Shown: in pieces, positions 10,493-21,492 of the stretch
How positions within the stretch are numbered: the first letter of the stretch is position 1
How the letters are laid out: each line of letters begins with the position of its first letter
DNA from: Isochrysis galbana
Lineage: Eukaryota
Reading direction: 5' to 3'
Assembly: GCA_018136815.1 (NCBI GenBank)
Contig: CM030941.1
Location: forward strand, 467,528-499,527
Length of the DNA stretch: 32,000 nucleotides
The notes under the pieces: model-generated
Database searches by the model: none
Seen by the model: only the letters and a program-made list of their open reading frames with translations
Told to the model about the DNA's origin: nothing
Program-made: the position numbers and the translations under genes

Positions 10493-11483
10493 CAGTAAGC
10501 AGTAAGTAGAGTGCGTGTGTTTGTACAACATTTGGACGTGTATAGAACAACCTTGCAATAACTTAGGAAGTCTTCAGGTTAAGCCCCAATGTACCGCTCT
10601 GCACCCTCCTAGTCTGGGTGGGGTGCCCCAATGCCCCTGCAAGCTACCCCCTTCAACAACAGCCTGCGTGACACCTCAGTATTGGAACGGAGGTAGTAGT
10701 TATATTTCGTTATTTTTGGCGTCAGGTTCAGCAAGAAATTCATTACCAACATGATTTCGCGGCAAGGTGCAAGATATCTTGGCAATGGTGCCGTCAGCTG
10801 AGTTTCAATACTTGAATGTGTCCCTACACCTCACACTTCACCATTCAGTGCCACATGGTCACCTAGCGCACTCGTCGCATCAGCTGAGCTCGGACAATAT
10901 CATCATCTCAGACTCCAGGTCGGAATGCACACCGTGGCCGACAGCCTTCGAGCCCTATAGCCGATCTGCTGACCGGCCGCGCCTGTCGAGAGAGACGCCA
11001 ACTCTGACTTTTCAGCTAGGGAAGCTTGCTGCGAGGCGGGTGTGGGCTGGGGCGGGGTCAGGTGTCAGGTGCTGGGTATTGCGCACACCCAGGCCAACCA
11101 AGGCCGGGCGGGGGCCTCGCTGTGCGCGCGCTGCTCGCACCTGGCTTCTGGCGCTCGTCTGCGCGCTGGGGGGGGGGGGGGAGTGCGAGAACAACCTGGA
11201 CCTGGAGGCGAGCGCGGCGAGCGTGAAGGGGCACATCGCGGCAGGCAACGTGGGGGCGACTTACCCTTGGTGTTGGCCGCGGGCCGCGCGAGGCCACACC
11301 TTTGTGTGTGGCAAGCTGGGCTGCCAGAGCAAGGAGTGGGGGAAGGGGGGGGAGGGGAGCGGCGCGCGGCGGGCCTCTGCGGCCGCTGCAGCGGCTAAGT
11401 CCCCGGCACCCGGGGAGATAGCCGCTGGAGCGAGCCCTTATTGTCACCTTTTGGCGTACCAGAATCTCACACTGTGAGCTAGG

Positions 11484-11786
11484 GTGTGGTTCGCAAAATT
11501 CCAGGACACCGCAACAAGCTCCTCTACCACTATAGCGGACCATATCGCATTGCTGAGTCGCTTGGCGCTAGCCGCTACAGACTACGCGACCAAGAAATTC
11601 GCCGCGTGCCCGCCTTCCTGTGCTAAAGCCCCCCCCCCCCCCGTCAGCGTCTCCGAAGTTGTCTCATCCGCCGCGCCTGGCCCGCCGGCTTCGCCCCTTC
11701 CTCATTGCCCTCAGACCCAATGGGTCATCCCAATTCATCTCAATAGTGCAGTAGAACTCGTGACAGCCCGGTGGTGGGCACCATAA
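11484..11786 (+). mobile_element. Decayed 3' end of an LTR-retrotransposon pol (integrase C-terminus, chromodomain-like tail), frameshifted
   Basis: VWFAKFQ... then, after a frameshift, KLLYHYSGPYRIAESLGASRYRLRDQEIRRVP. This is the classic KL..r..GPy.I.e..g..aY.L.l pattern. It continues VSVSEV...AVELVTARWW (FHVS..L / eVE.Il..R-like). Confidence 0.45.
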
Positions 11787-12041
11787 ATATCTACGCCAAG
11801 GCTCCAACTAGAGAGAATTGTCGACACGGGCACCATCAGTCCAATCGCTGTTTGTGTTTGAGCGATGTGTAACGCTGTCTCGTCCATTCCCGTTGGATAC
11901 GCACTCACCGCAGTATCGCTGCCACTAGTAGGTTGTGCGGGAGTCCAATGCGTCCGAGCCACTCAACACTGTCTCCGCCTCCCCACAACAACTTTCATGC
12001 TCAGCCTTGGAACACCCACGTGGAAGCCGATAGGTGTGGGC

Positions 12042-14258
12042 CTATTTCGTGCGCGTAAGAGCACTAGCACATGCCGATGCCGAGAAGAGCATGTCGGCGT
12101 CCAAGAGACGCGACAGCCTCTTGGCGGATAGACGGGGCTCGAGCTTGGGTGGCGAGGGGTATCCGTGGCCAATCTTGCCCATGGCGGACAAGGTCGATGG
12201 ATCGCAACCGGTTGAAGCCTCGAGCGAGGCGGGATGGAGGGGATGCAATGGCAGGGAGGCGCGGCCGCTGTGGCCGAGGAGCCGCTCGCTGAGTTGATCG
12301 ACCATCGAACGCCAGTCCGCCAGGGATCGATACGGACTCGCCTGCGCAGCGCTCGGGAGGTCGCAATTCACGCTGTTGCGCGCATCGCCCCTGGCGCCAC
12401 GGCCGGGCAGACGTTTCCCACGACTCCCTTGGGCGCCTCCCGCAGTGGTTCGCTCAAGCGAGCTCCCGCCCTTGCCGGAAGTGGAGATGGCTGACGAACC
12501 ACTGCCGTTGCACGTAATTGGATAAACGACGCTGAGCCCGATGGCCAACTCTTGCACGTCCCCATCTTCTCCAAGTCTACTCATCTCCAACCGCGTCCGG
12601 GGACCTGCACCAGCTACTGTGAGCTCGTGGCAGAAACGTAGGGCCAAATCACGTGCAGTCGCAGCACGTACGAGCCCCGTTGGTCGCCGAACGTCTCGCT
12701 TGTGGCCGGCGGCGTGGAACCCTGGGGCACGTTGGCGGCTGTCATTACCGGTCGGTGGGGATCCCCGACCTTCCAAGCTCGATGGCCAAGCCGGCATTTC
12801 AACAGTGTGACCGGAGAGGAGATGAGGTGCTAGAGCGTACAACGAAGACGACGCCGGTGGCGGCAGAGCGCATAGGTCGCTGCGCAAACGTATGAGGGCG
12901 CTCTCAGAACCCAATGGCATCGCCGCTTCCGTCTCTACCGAGGGTAGCCGTTGTCCATACATTTCTTGAGCCACCAACATGTCCAGCAGGTCGGTCAGCA
13001 TAAGCCCCTCCGTGTATTTCACCTTGGTGCTATCATCCGCTCCAACGCCCGCCCGTTCTTCTACAAGACACCGCACGTGCACGGCCAAGGGCCGGTGAGC
13101 ACGCTCACTTGCCGTCTCTGATGGCCTAGATCTGGGTATCGGGCGATCGCAGGCGGCCGGAAGCGCAAACATGCCGCTGTGCGAGCCCGACATGGCACGT
13201 GTCAATAGCTTCGAGCTACTGAGCAAGCGGCACATTTGAGAGTCCAAGGAGGTCTCGAGTTGTCGCCTCGCCGCCTCGACCACATGGATGGCATCCTCCT
13301 CCACTTCACGGAAATGTTCTGGACCCATCAAGCCCGCTCCTCCTGCGCAACCATGCTTCACCGCAGAGCCTTCACGCTCGCCGCACATGCCCTCCTGCGA
13401 ACTCTCGACACCATATGCGGGCTTTGCTGACCCATCTGCGTCCGTCTCACCCATCGATGGAGGAGCTAACGTACTACCGCACATTTTGCGAGCATTTCGC
13501 CTACCGCCTCGTCCCCTACGGCCATGGCCTTCAACCCGCGAGCCGTCATGCCTGCTCGCTTCGCTAGAAGGGGCAACGACGTGCTCGTTTACGGTGGCTG
13601 TGGCCTCTTTGGGGACACCCGCAGCACGTGACGTGTGCGGAGGCGCAACGGTTGGCACGACGGAGGTGTGCACGTGTGCAGCCATCGCATCCTGAGCAAA
13701 TTTACGCGGCGGCGGGCCGAAGACAAAGCCAAGAGCCGGCGCAGTCAATCTACCAGCGTTGACCCTGAGTATGGGCGCAAGGCTACCCTGCAGCTCGACG
13801 TGCAAATCCCATACAACACGGAGTGTCTTGAGCAACGAAAGGTCGGGCGTGCAGCGCTGCGAAACAATGATCACCTTATGGCACGCCAAGGACAAGAGCA
13901 GTAGCGCTCGTGCGTGGCGATAGGTGTGTTCAGCCAACCATTCATGCGCTGCTGCCGCTGGCTTCGCACTGCCGGCCTGCACAGACGCCTCGGCTGACGG
14001 CACAGCAAGGTGTGAGCTGCCGCTCCCTGTGGAGTCCGATCTACATGCGGCAAGGCTGGTTGCAGCGGCGAGGTAGAGCACCCCCCGCTCTGGCTCGTGG
14101 TGTGTGAGCAGTTGCGGGAGTGCAGTAGCGGGATGTTCAGGGGTCTTGAAGGTGTCACTGCCACTCAGCTCCTTGGCAAAGCCCAGCGCGGCCTCGTCCT
14201 CACTTGGTGAAGCGCCGATCAGGCCAACCACGAGTAGCGGCGGAGGCTCTGGGCTCAT
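12042..14258 (-). CDS. SMG8: SMG8-like protein (Smg8_Smg9 family, nonsense-mediated decay factor), N-terminal two-thirds only
   Basis: Single 738-codon ORF with ATG at 14258-14256. Blocks align by eye with human SMG8. LLVVGLIG matches ICVVGIFG, and ERGVLYL matches ESKVLYL. HEWLAEH...ALLLLSLACHKVIIVSQRCTPDLS matches HEFWKHQ...LSLLYLFSVCHILLLVHPTCSFDIT. LLDADMLFSASACASAL matches FLDIDTKFSENRCQKAL. The conserved C-terminal third was not found. Confidence 0.6.
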   Translation of the reverse strand: MSPEPPPLLVVGLIGASPSEDEAALGFAKELSGSDTFKTPEHPATALPQLLTHHEPERGVLYLAAATSLAACRSDSTGSGSSHLAVPSAEASVQAGSAKPAAAAHEWLAEHTYRHARALLLLSLACHKVIIVSQRCTPDLSLLKTLRVVWDLHVELQGSLAPILRVNAGRLTAPALGFVFGPPPRKFAQDAMAAHVHTSVVPTVAPPHTSRAAGVPKEATATVNEHVVAPSSEASRHDGSRVEGHGRRGRGGRRNARKMCGSTLAPPSMGETDADGSAKPAYGVESSQEGMCGEREGSAVKHGCAGGAGLMGPEHFREVEEDAIHVVEAARRQLETSLDSQMCRLLSSSKLLTRAMSGSHSGMFALPAACDRPIPRSRPSETASERAHRPLAVHVRCLVEERAGVGADDSTKVKYTEGLMLTDLLDMLVAQEMYGQRLPSVETEAAMPLGSESALIRLRSDLCALPPPASSSLYALAPHLLSGHTVEMPAWPSSLEGRGSPPTGNDSRQRAPGFHAAGHKRDVRRPTGLVRAATARDLALRFCHELTVAGAGPRTRLEMSRLGEDGDVQELAIGLSVVYPITCNGSGSSAISTSGKGGSSLERTTAGGAQGSRGKRLPGRGARGDARNSVNCDLPSAAQASPYRSLADWRSMVDQLSERLLGHSGRASLPLHPLHPASLEASTGCDPSTLSAMGKIGHGYPSPPKLEPRLSAKRLSRLLDADMLFSASACASALTRTK

Positions 14259-14264
14259 CGGCGA

Positions 14265-14515
<251 letters not shown>

Positions 14516-14652
14516 CGAGATGGGGTTGAGCAGGGAGATACGGCCCCGTGTCACCAGAGAGACGGGGGAGAGTGGAGAGAGGAAGGGAGGGAGGGGGAAG
14601 AGGGAAGGCGAGGAAGCCACCGCCTCGCCCGGCAACCCTCTGCCGAGTAGTA

Positions 14653-14677
14653 GAGTAGCTCTAAAGTAGAGCTACTC
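14653..14677. other. Perfect hairpin: 11-bp stem, 3-nt loop
   Basis: gagtagctcta (14653-14663), aag, tagagctactc (14667-14677). The two arms are exact reverse complements. Confidence 0.6.
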
Positions 14678-14938
14678 ATAGTAGTTTGACTAGGAGTAGA
14701 CAAAATATAAAATATACAATATACAATACAATCAGGGACGATGAACAAGGACAAGGGACAAGTCCGCCGCCTTCAAGCTGTCCCTCGTCCCTCTCATGCC
14801 GTTGGACATGTTGTCGGCTGAGGCCAACCCCGCGGTCTCAGCCTCCTTCCCGCGTTCTCCCATCCATGCTCGGTGTCGGCGTGTCGGTGTGGGGCGCGTC
14901 GCGCGCGATTGGCGTCGCTGACCAGGAGGCACTAGATG

Positions 14939-15859
14939 CAACCTACTTTTATAAGTGGGGGTCAATGGGGGCCTCGCGCCCCCCTCTCTCCAATGCGGAC
15001 ACCCCCCGGGGTGGGCCCGTACATTCAACCCCAGCCCCTGCCCTCTGGCAGGGGCAGGGCACTCATCAAATCAGCCCAGACCCCTAGTGGGCGCGGGCCG
15101 CGAGCCGCACTCCCAGGCCCGCATGGGCCTGCTCTCGTACTGACTCCCCCCCCCATCCCTGGTCGCCAGGCAGACAGGGGCCTCAGGGCGGCACCCAAGG
15201 CCAGCGAGGCGAGCGAGGGAGAGGCAGGGGGGGCCAGGGGCTCAGCCCCAGCCTCCACTGCCCCCTGAGCTGCCCCTGCTGGCCCTCTGGGCGCCCCTGA
15301 AGGACCTCTGAGAGCAGGCCATGGCGCGCCGCATGGCGACGCGCCGCAGGGACCGGGGCGGAAGAGAATGGAACGAGGAAGAGGGGGGGATTTGCACCCC
15401 CCCCGATGGAGTGTGGTGAGAAACGAGCCCCGTTTGCGTTAGCAAACGGGCGAAGGGGGGCGGCTGGCGACAGGAGAGGCGAGAAGAAGGGAGTGGCTCA
15501 AGACGTCCCTGTGGCAGGTATCGGGGGGCGCAGACATTTATTTCTTCGAGGACCGCTCGCGGCGCGAGCTGTAAGGGCCGTTCTCCTTTTTTGACGAGAG
15601 GTTCCTCCCCCCCCCCCGGTGCTTTTTCCCGGAGAGTCGGCCGGCGTCGACCGGACCGCCTCAATGGGTTTTCCCTCATTTTAACTTGTGGGGAGTTAGA
15701 ATGGGAGCCGGGGGCCTGCGAGGGGGGAGATGTGGAAGGGTGCATAGGTGTATGTATCTGTGTCAACAGCACGCGCCAAGGTGTACGGGCAGGTGCGCTG
15801 AGGGCAGTCGTGTTAGTACCGGGCTAGTGAGAGTAGTGGTACTAATGCTCAGATAGATT
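14939..15859 (-). mobile_element. Unclassified interspersed element R1, copy B (921 bp) flanked by an exact 15-bp target-site duplication, inserted into a MITE terminus
   Basis: aggaggcactagatg occurs at 14924-14938 and again at 15860-15874. The reverse complement of the interior aligns with copy A, including the core and the terminus cacttataaaagtaggttg versus accaagtataaacttagtt. Confidence 0.7.
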
Positions 15860-15986
15860 AGGAGGCACTAGATGGGAAATACGTATTTACCGTATTTGGC
15901 CAGAGGCCAAATACATATGTAATTGGCTGTAATTGAAGCGCGTCCTGGGTTGTAGGCCTCGAATGTATTTGAAATGTATTTGGCCG
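15860..15986 (+). mobile_element. Half copy of the MITE-like foldback element (one terminus plus about 105 bp)
   Basis: cactagatgggaaatacgtatttaccgtatttggccagaggccaaatacatatg...gaatgtatttgaaatgtatttggcc aligns with the reverse complement of 29395-29521. Homology stops at about 15986, where the LINE fragment begins. Confidence 0.55.
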
Positions 15987-16740
15987 CGCTCTTGACGCGA
16001 TCACCGTCTCCGACATCGCCAAAGAAGTGATTAAAACGAACCGAAAACACGCCCCGCAAGCGGCGAAGACCGCATGGGAGAATAGACTGAACATCACGAA
16101 AGACGAATGGAGACATATAGCTCGACTCTACACAACGCCGCTGCTAAAGCACACGGATAAACATCTACACTTCAAACATATTACCCACCGAAGGATCGGC
16201 ACTAGAAACAGGTTCCCAGATAGCCTGACAAACAAATGCCGACTATGCCACGACCACCGAGAAAGATCGAGTCATCTAGCATGGTGCCCCGCGACTAAAA
16301 CGATATTCGAAACCATAGACGCTCTTGCAGAGCACACGCCTCCTCCTAAGAGGTCGCGTGCATAGATAGCGAAAGACAGACTCTTCGCATACCCCGGTAC
16401 GACCACCCCCGACAGCCTTAAAGCGCTCTATATAATTGCATGGAAATACATTATAAAAGACTTCTATAGAGTAGACTACGAGGCATACAATTTCCACTAC
16501 ATACCAGTCCTTGAATCCACGCTAACGAGGTTTGCCACCCTAGTACGAGGCAGTACCGTGTCGGACCCCCGCAACTCCATGCGAACATATAAGGCCGCTC
16601 AGGGAAGAAAACCAAAGATCAAAAAAACGACGGAACTCAGCACCCCCATGTTTATCGAAGACAAGAAAGGCAGGCTACAACTCAGTAAGGAATTCGGCCT
16701 CGTAGCGAAAGCTCTCGGATTAGACGGGAGACTCGCATAA
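15987..16740 (+). mobile_element. 5'-truncated, frameshifted non-LTR (LINE) retrotransposon: C-terminal part of ORF2 with an RT zinc-binding-type motif
   Basis: The ORF reads WENRLNITKDEWRHIARLYTTPLLKHTDKHLHFKHITHRRIGTRNRFPDSLTNKCRLCHDHRERSSHLAWCPATKTIF. This fits the remembered zf-RVT layout (W...L....W......tP......D...K.iH..l.t......fp.......C..C....E...HL...C). The reading continues in another frame to a stop at 16740. Local composition is AT-richer than the flanks. Confidence 0.65.
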
Positions 16741-17079
16741 TGCGACGCGTCACCACGCTCTGACAGATAATTCGGATGGGCGGCTAGTCACAACTACGGA
16801 CGCACTGAGTGATCGCCCGCGCGCATTCGTATAACGACACCCTGCAACACCTTCTGTATAGACAGGTCACTCAACAGAACAGGAGGAAGGAGAGAACTTA
16901 CTGTTGGGGACAGGTGCACCCCGCTTGGCTCGAACCCCCCGCACGACCCGGGCCCCTAAGTAGAGCACGAGGGGAGTTGCCGCAAGGCAGGGAGTGGGGG
17001 AGTGGGAAGAGAAAGGGCGTGGCTTCGAGAGCGTCTTCCAGTGCCACGAGTGAGGCGAGAATATTAAAATGTTTTTTTT

Positions 17080-17088
<9 letters not shown>

Positions 17089-17132
<44 letters not shown>
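17089..17132. repeat. (CT)~22 microsatellite
   Basis: Direct reading. Confidence 0.95.
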
Positions 17133-17133
<1 letters not shown>

Positions 17134-18198
17134 ACGCGAAGCTAGCTAGCCCACCACCATCCCCTCTCTCCTCCCCTTGCTTTCTCGGGGTGGAGCCGCG
17201 TACTATCTTCTATCTTAGCACGAACCAGCTAGGCCAAATAGGTTAGTCTAAGGTTAGTCTAAGATGCGCTCAGCGCTCAGGCTCAGGCTCTAGATACCCC
17301 AAGAGATGAGCCACACACGTTCTACGTGAAGCAACAAGGGCGGCGAGCTGCAGACGGAGCCGTTCAAATGGTGGGGGTAGGGCGCAGTGAGACGAATGTG
17401 AAGTTTATTTTTTGTTTTGCAGAATTCTCCCATTTTTATGTTCCTGCACCCTTCTCCGCAATTTATGAGTCCTTTGCGGACTTGTCCTCGCGGATGCGAC
17501 AGCCCTGCCTATCCCTATCCGCAGGTGTCCGGGCGTCTTCACGTTCACAGCCGCGGCGGTCGCCGGGCTGCTAGAGGACCCGTCTCTGCGGGAATCTCGG
17601 GCTCCTCGTGCGGATGCGCGGAATCCGAGATGCCGCTGCGCGGGGGGGGGAAGTCCCTCTGATCTCCTCCGGAGATTCTCATCTCGTCGATGTGAGACTT
17701 GGTCTCGCGGTGGAGATTCGGGTCACCCACTCGGGAGATTCGCAAGACGCGAGCGCAAATCAATCAACTGCCCGACACACCATTCATTACGTAGAGAGAG
17801 AGAAGCAGAAGATGTTTGTGGGTAGAGTAGAGGAATCTGTCGCCAGCGAATCTTGCAAACGCCCGCCACAGTGCAGTCGCTGTCGCCCGCCCACTGCTAG
17901 CTGTATGAGCCCCAACGCCGCGCCCGAGGCGGTGCAGGGGAGGCTTGAGCAGAATTACGGTCTCGACAAGGTGTGGCTGACACGCTGCCCTCATTCCACC
18001 CATGGGTAGCAGCGCACGCGCCGCGTTGCAAGCTGAGCACACACAGTGGGGTGGCCGCACAGGGCTCTGATGCTGAGCATGCACGAACGCACACATGACT
18101 GTAATTTCGAATTGTCTCCCATATTATGGTTTCAGGCTGGTTTTGCCTTCGATGGCACGAGCCCCTTCAGCTTCTTTGCCCGTGAGTACGAGCTCATC

Positions 18199-19626
18199 AT
18201 GGCCTCGCTCCAAAATTCAGCGGTGAAGTCTACATCTGGCATTGTGGAAGGCTCACCGCCACCAGCACCGATCTGGGCCGGTCTACGTCCATACATTATC
18301 ATGGCACCAGTTACTATGCTTGCGCCTCCCATCTACTTGATTAGCTGTCTCAGCCGTGGGCCGTTCCTCATGGCTGTTCTCGTGGCGACTGTTGTTGCGA
18401 TCTCAAACTATCTCCTCAAGCGCAACGATGACACTGTCTTGGCAAAGGTGACAACGGCAACCTCTCCCGTGTCACCATACGGTGATGGAGCGTGCCTTAC
18501 TTTGTAAACCTTCACGCATTCAAACTCTCGATTTCATCCCAACCTCTTCAGGATCGTATTTGGTCACCTTACTCGAGCAAGGTCAATCCTATCCAAGGAC
18601 TTTTCCTAGTGGTCTTCCTGCCTGTTTGGTCAGCTGCCACCTTCGCGGGCATTTTCTGCCGCAATGTCTCGCCACACCCGCTTCTCTCACTCTTATGTTT
18701 CAGTGCCCTCCTCTTCTTCAAGAACGGTATCTGCATGAGCGTAATCCTTCACAGGTGCGACCCGCGTTCCTCTCTGTTGATGTGCATGCTTGTGTCAGTT
18801 GCCAATGGCTGCCATCCCGAGATTTGGACGGAGTCACCCACACATGCATGCGACCTCACTACCAGCTTTATTTGCCATCAGATACTGCGCGCACGCCGCC
18901 TTCAAGTGTCACTGGGTTACCAGCCTCTGCCTTGGTGTCATCGCTTGCTTTTCCTACCAAGGCGGCCCACTGTGGTGGGCATCTCGCCACCGCGCTCATC
19001 ACAAATTTTGCGACACTACGATGCGAGACCCGCACTCCCCCGCGCTAAACGGCATTATCAACGCTTTCTCTTTTTTCCTCTCTGGCACTACGACTGATTG
19101 TGTGCGCTCGATCCAGGCTGTCGACGAGGAGTTCTCCCCGTCTCACATCGACACTCCATGCATGCGGCTCATTGACTCTCTTTCGTTCGTGTTCCCTCTG
19201 ATCGAGTTCTACCTGGCCCTGACTATGTTCGGTCCTGCCGGGTTGTGGGTAAGCTTCAGCTCGTCATGGGTGGGTCAAGTGACCACGCTATGGTTCAATG
19301 TGCGCAACCATCCGATCGGCGGTGCCGAGTCCAAAATTGGGCGTGCCCCTCCCGAGCATCACAAGTATAGACGCACCTCGACCACAAATGTTAACTGTGA
19401 CGCCGTCGACCGGCCAACTACCGTCGATTCATCACCTCTCTACATTTTTCTCGACTTTGTGTCGTCCATCATCTCCCCCGCTGTGGGCGAGGATGACCAT
19501 GATCACCACCATTCTCACCCAGCGCTTGCCGTGCGCCCTGGCTTCGACGCGCCGCACTACTTCGTCCTTGCTTTGGCTAGAGTTGGGCTGGTGTGGAATG
19601 TCCAACATGAGCGCAAAAGCGCATGA
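18199..19626 (+). CDS. Acyl-CoA (stearoyl-CoA type, delta-9) fatty-acid desaturase-like membrane protein
   Basis: Three exons: 18199-18447, 18552-18754, 18882-19626. Introns are 104 nt (AAG|GTGACA...cttcag, phase 0) and 127 nt (AG|GTGCGA...catcag, phase 2). Splicing rebuilds His box 1: GICMSVILHR+YCAHAAF (HRxxxH). His box 2 is WWASRHRAHHKFCDTTMRDPHSP, close to SCD WARDHRxHHKxSETxADPHN. His box 3 is GEDDHDHHHSHP (HxxHH). The start ATG is uncertain; in-frame ATGs also exist near 18070. Confidence 0.75.
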
Positions 19627-21492
19627 CACGTAGCCTCTCTCTCTTCCCGATGCCTACTCCTTCGGGCTCGCGTATCCCGTGTATACCTGGACGAAATGTG
19701 CCGTCGTCGTGTTGCGTGTTGCCCGTCCTGCACCACCAAGGTGCAGCGTCCATCCGTCAGCTATCAACTATCAACTAGCAAACAAGTAACTTATCCTTGC
19801 CATGGATAGAAAGCAAAAAAAATTCAGGAATCTGGGCTAACAACTACTACGGACCCGATATCCACTACCTCCCTAGCAACTTCGCCCTTGTGTCCCTTCG
19901 CTCCCCCTCATTCCCTTGCCCCCTTCTTCCATTTATCTTCGGTTTCAAGGGTCCGGCCTAGGTGCACTAGGGTCGCGTTCCGTGGAGCAAGACGAAAGAA
20001 GGCGAGAAGCGTTCAATCACCATCAACCACAGATGGAAAAGCGTTCAATCTATGATGACATCGACGATGAGGGGATGAAAGCCATCGCAGATGCCAGAGA
20101 GGCCATCTCCAAGGGGGCTTTGAACAGTCTCGAATATCTCGATCTCGAGCTTTACGGATAAAGGTACCTCGCTTTTAAGAACGAGTCCCTTAAAGTAAGG
20201 ACAAACTTCGCTAGGTGAGAGCGCGAGCACAAAGTGCTTGTTTTGCCTAAACCTTGGCTTGTTGGTTACCTCATTATATCCTCTTTTAATGTTCCCTGGG
20301 CACTAAGGCACCATTCCCTCAGCAATACCAAGTTTTGTGACATACTTCACGGGGCGTCGGGTCAAATCACAGTTTGTCCTTGAAATGAAGAGGTGGCTGA
20401 TACCCCCATTGGAAAGCTCTTCCACCCATGGTTCCCAGGAGATGAAACGTTGCTTTGATTGCCCCTTTTGAGACCTTAAGTGACGACGAAGCGTGATTTT
20501 GCCCTCCAACGGCCCAATTTGTCAACATACGGCTCAAAAGGGCTAAAAAAAAACTCCTCCCGCGTGAGCGAATCGTCCGAGTGCAGCACCGCATGCTGAA
20601 TGTGGCAGCAAAAGTGAACGAAGACAAGCTCTGCAAAGTTGGTCATGGGGAGAGCTTAGGTTGAATGGGAGGTAATGATGATTTGCTTCAGGGCCTGTCA
20701 GGGGTCAAGGTGCAGTTCTGTCGATCCCAGTGGGGGGTTGCCAACGACGGGAGGGATGTGCCAAAAAAAGAGGGGCCAATTAACATTGTGACCAAAATAG
20801 ACGGGAGGGATGTGACAAAAAAAGGGAACCTCGAGTTGCATCTTCTCGGGAACATTGGAAGCCGCTCAAGCTTTCTCACGCAAATGCCGCGTCCACGTGC
20901 GTGCTGGCAAAGGATGGGTCGAACGCCCTGAGTAAGCCCAACGCCTCATGCTGATCCTCTCCTCAGGATCCTCCTCCTCCTCTAGGTCTTGCGCTCGAGC
21001 TGCAGCGCTTGCAGCAGCGCTGCGCGCGGTGAAGAACTCCTGCCACTGTCGGTGCGCCGAGATCGTGGCCGAGGCGGAGGCGGTGGCTGTGGCTGTGGAG
21101 GCGGATACTGTCGCCCTTACTTGGGCGCCAGCCCCATGCTCGCTATCGCTGTTGTTGTGGTTAGGGGGAGAGCCGCCTTTAGGTTTCTCCCAAGGGAGCC
21201 TCTCTCCTTTGCTCTTCCTCCCTTCGTGTGTTTTGTTTTCCCCCCTTCGCTCTTCGGGCGTGCACACGCACGGGCGCTGAGGCGGACGCCGCCGCCGAAC
21301 ATTTCGCCGCTCTTCGCCCCTTCGTTGTTGGCATGAGCGAGCCCGAGGTGAAGGCGGCCGCTCGCCTCATCCTTCGATCGTTCGCCGTTCTCCCATCCGC
21401 CCCATCCGGAGGCCCATTCGCCGCACATCGCGCGCTCGCTCAACAAGCTCCCCGATTCTCTCTCAACCATCCGCCAAGAGGAGATTCGCAAG

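Noticed and set aside
10767-11477. 236-aa plus-strand ORF
   Set aside because: No domain-like sequence, mixed composition with G/C homopolymers, and overlap with equally long antisense ORFs. I treat it as noise between the hAT and gypsy remnants.
16900-16950. tRNA-like T-arm (ggctcgaacccc / ggggggttcgagcc)
   Set aside because: No complementary 5-bp T-stem, acceptor stem or anticodon arm can be drawn on either strand.
19916-20161. 81-aa ORF ending DDIDDEGMKAIADAREAISKGALNSLEYLDLELYG, reminiscent of one RNI-type leucine-rich repeat
   Set aside because: It has only a single repeat-length match, no neighbouring repeats or exons that I could link, and weak codon bias. That is not enough to call a gene.
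20230-20931. AT-richer block with short ORFs (MTNFAELVFVHFCCHIQHAVLH... on the minus strand) and a 55-bp-spaced direct repeat gacgggagggatgtg.caaaaaaag at about 20746 and 20801
   Set aside because: This is probably another decayed mobile element. I could not recognise any diagnostic transposase or RT motif or any termini.
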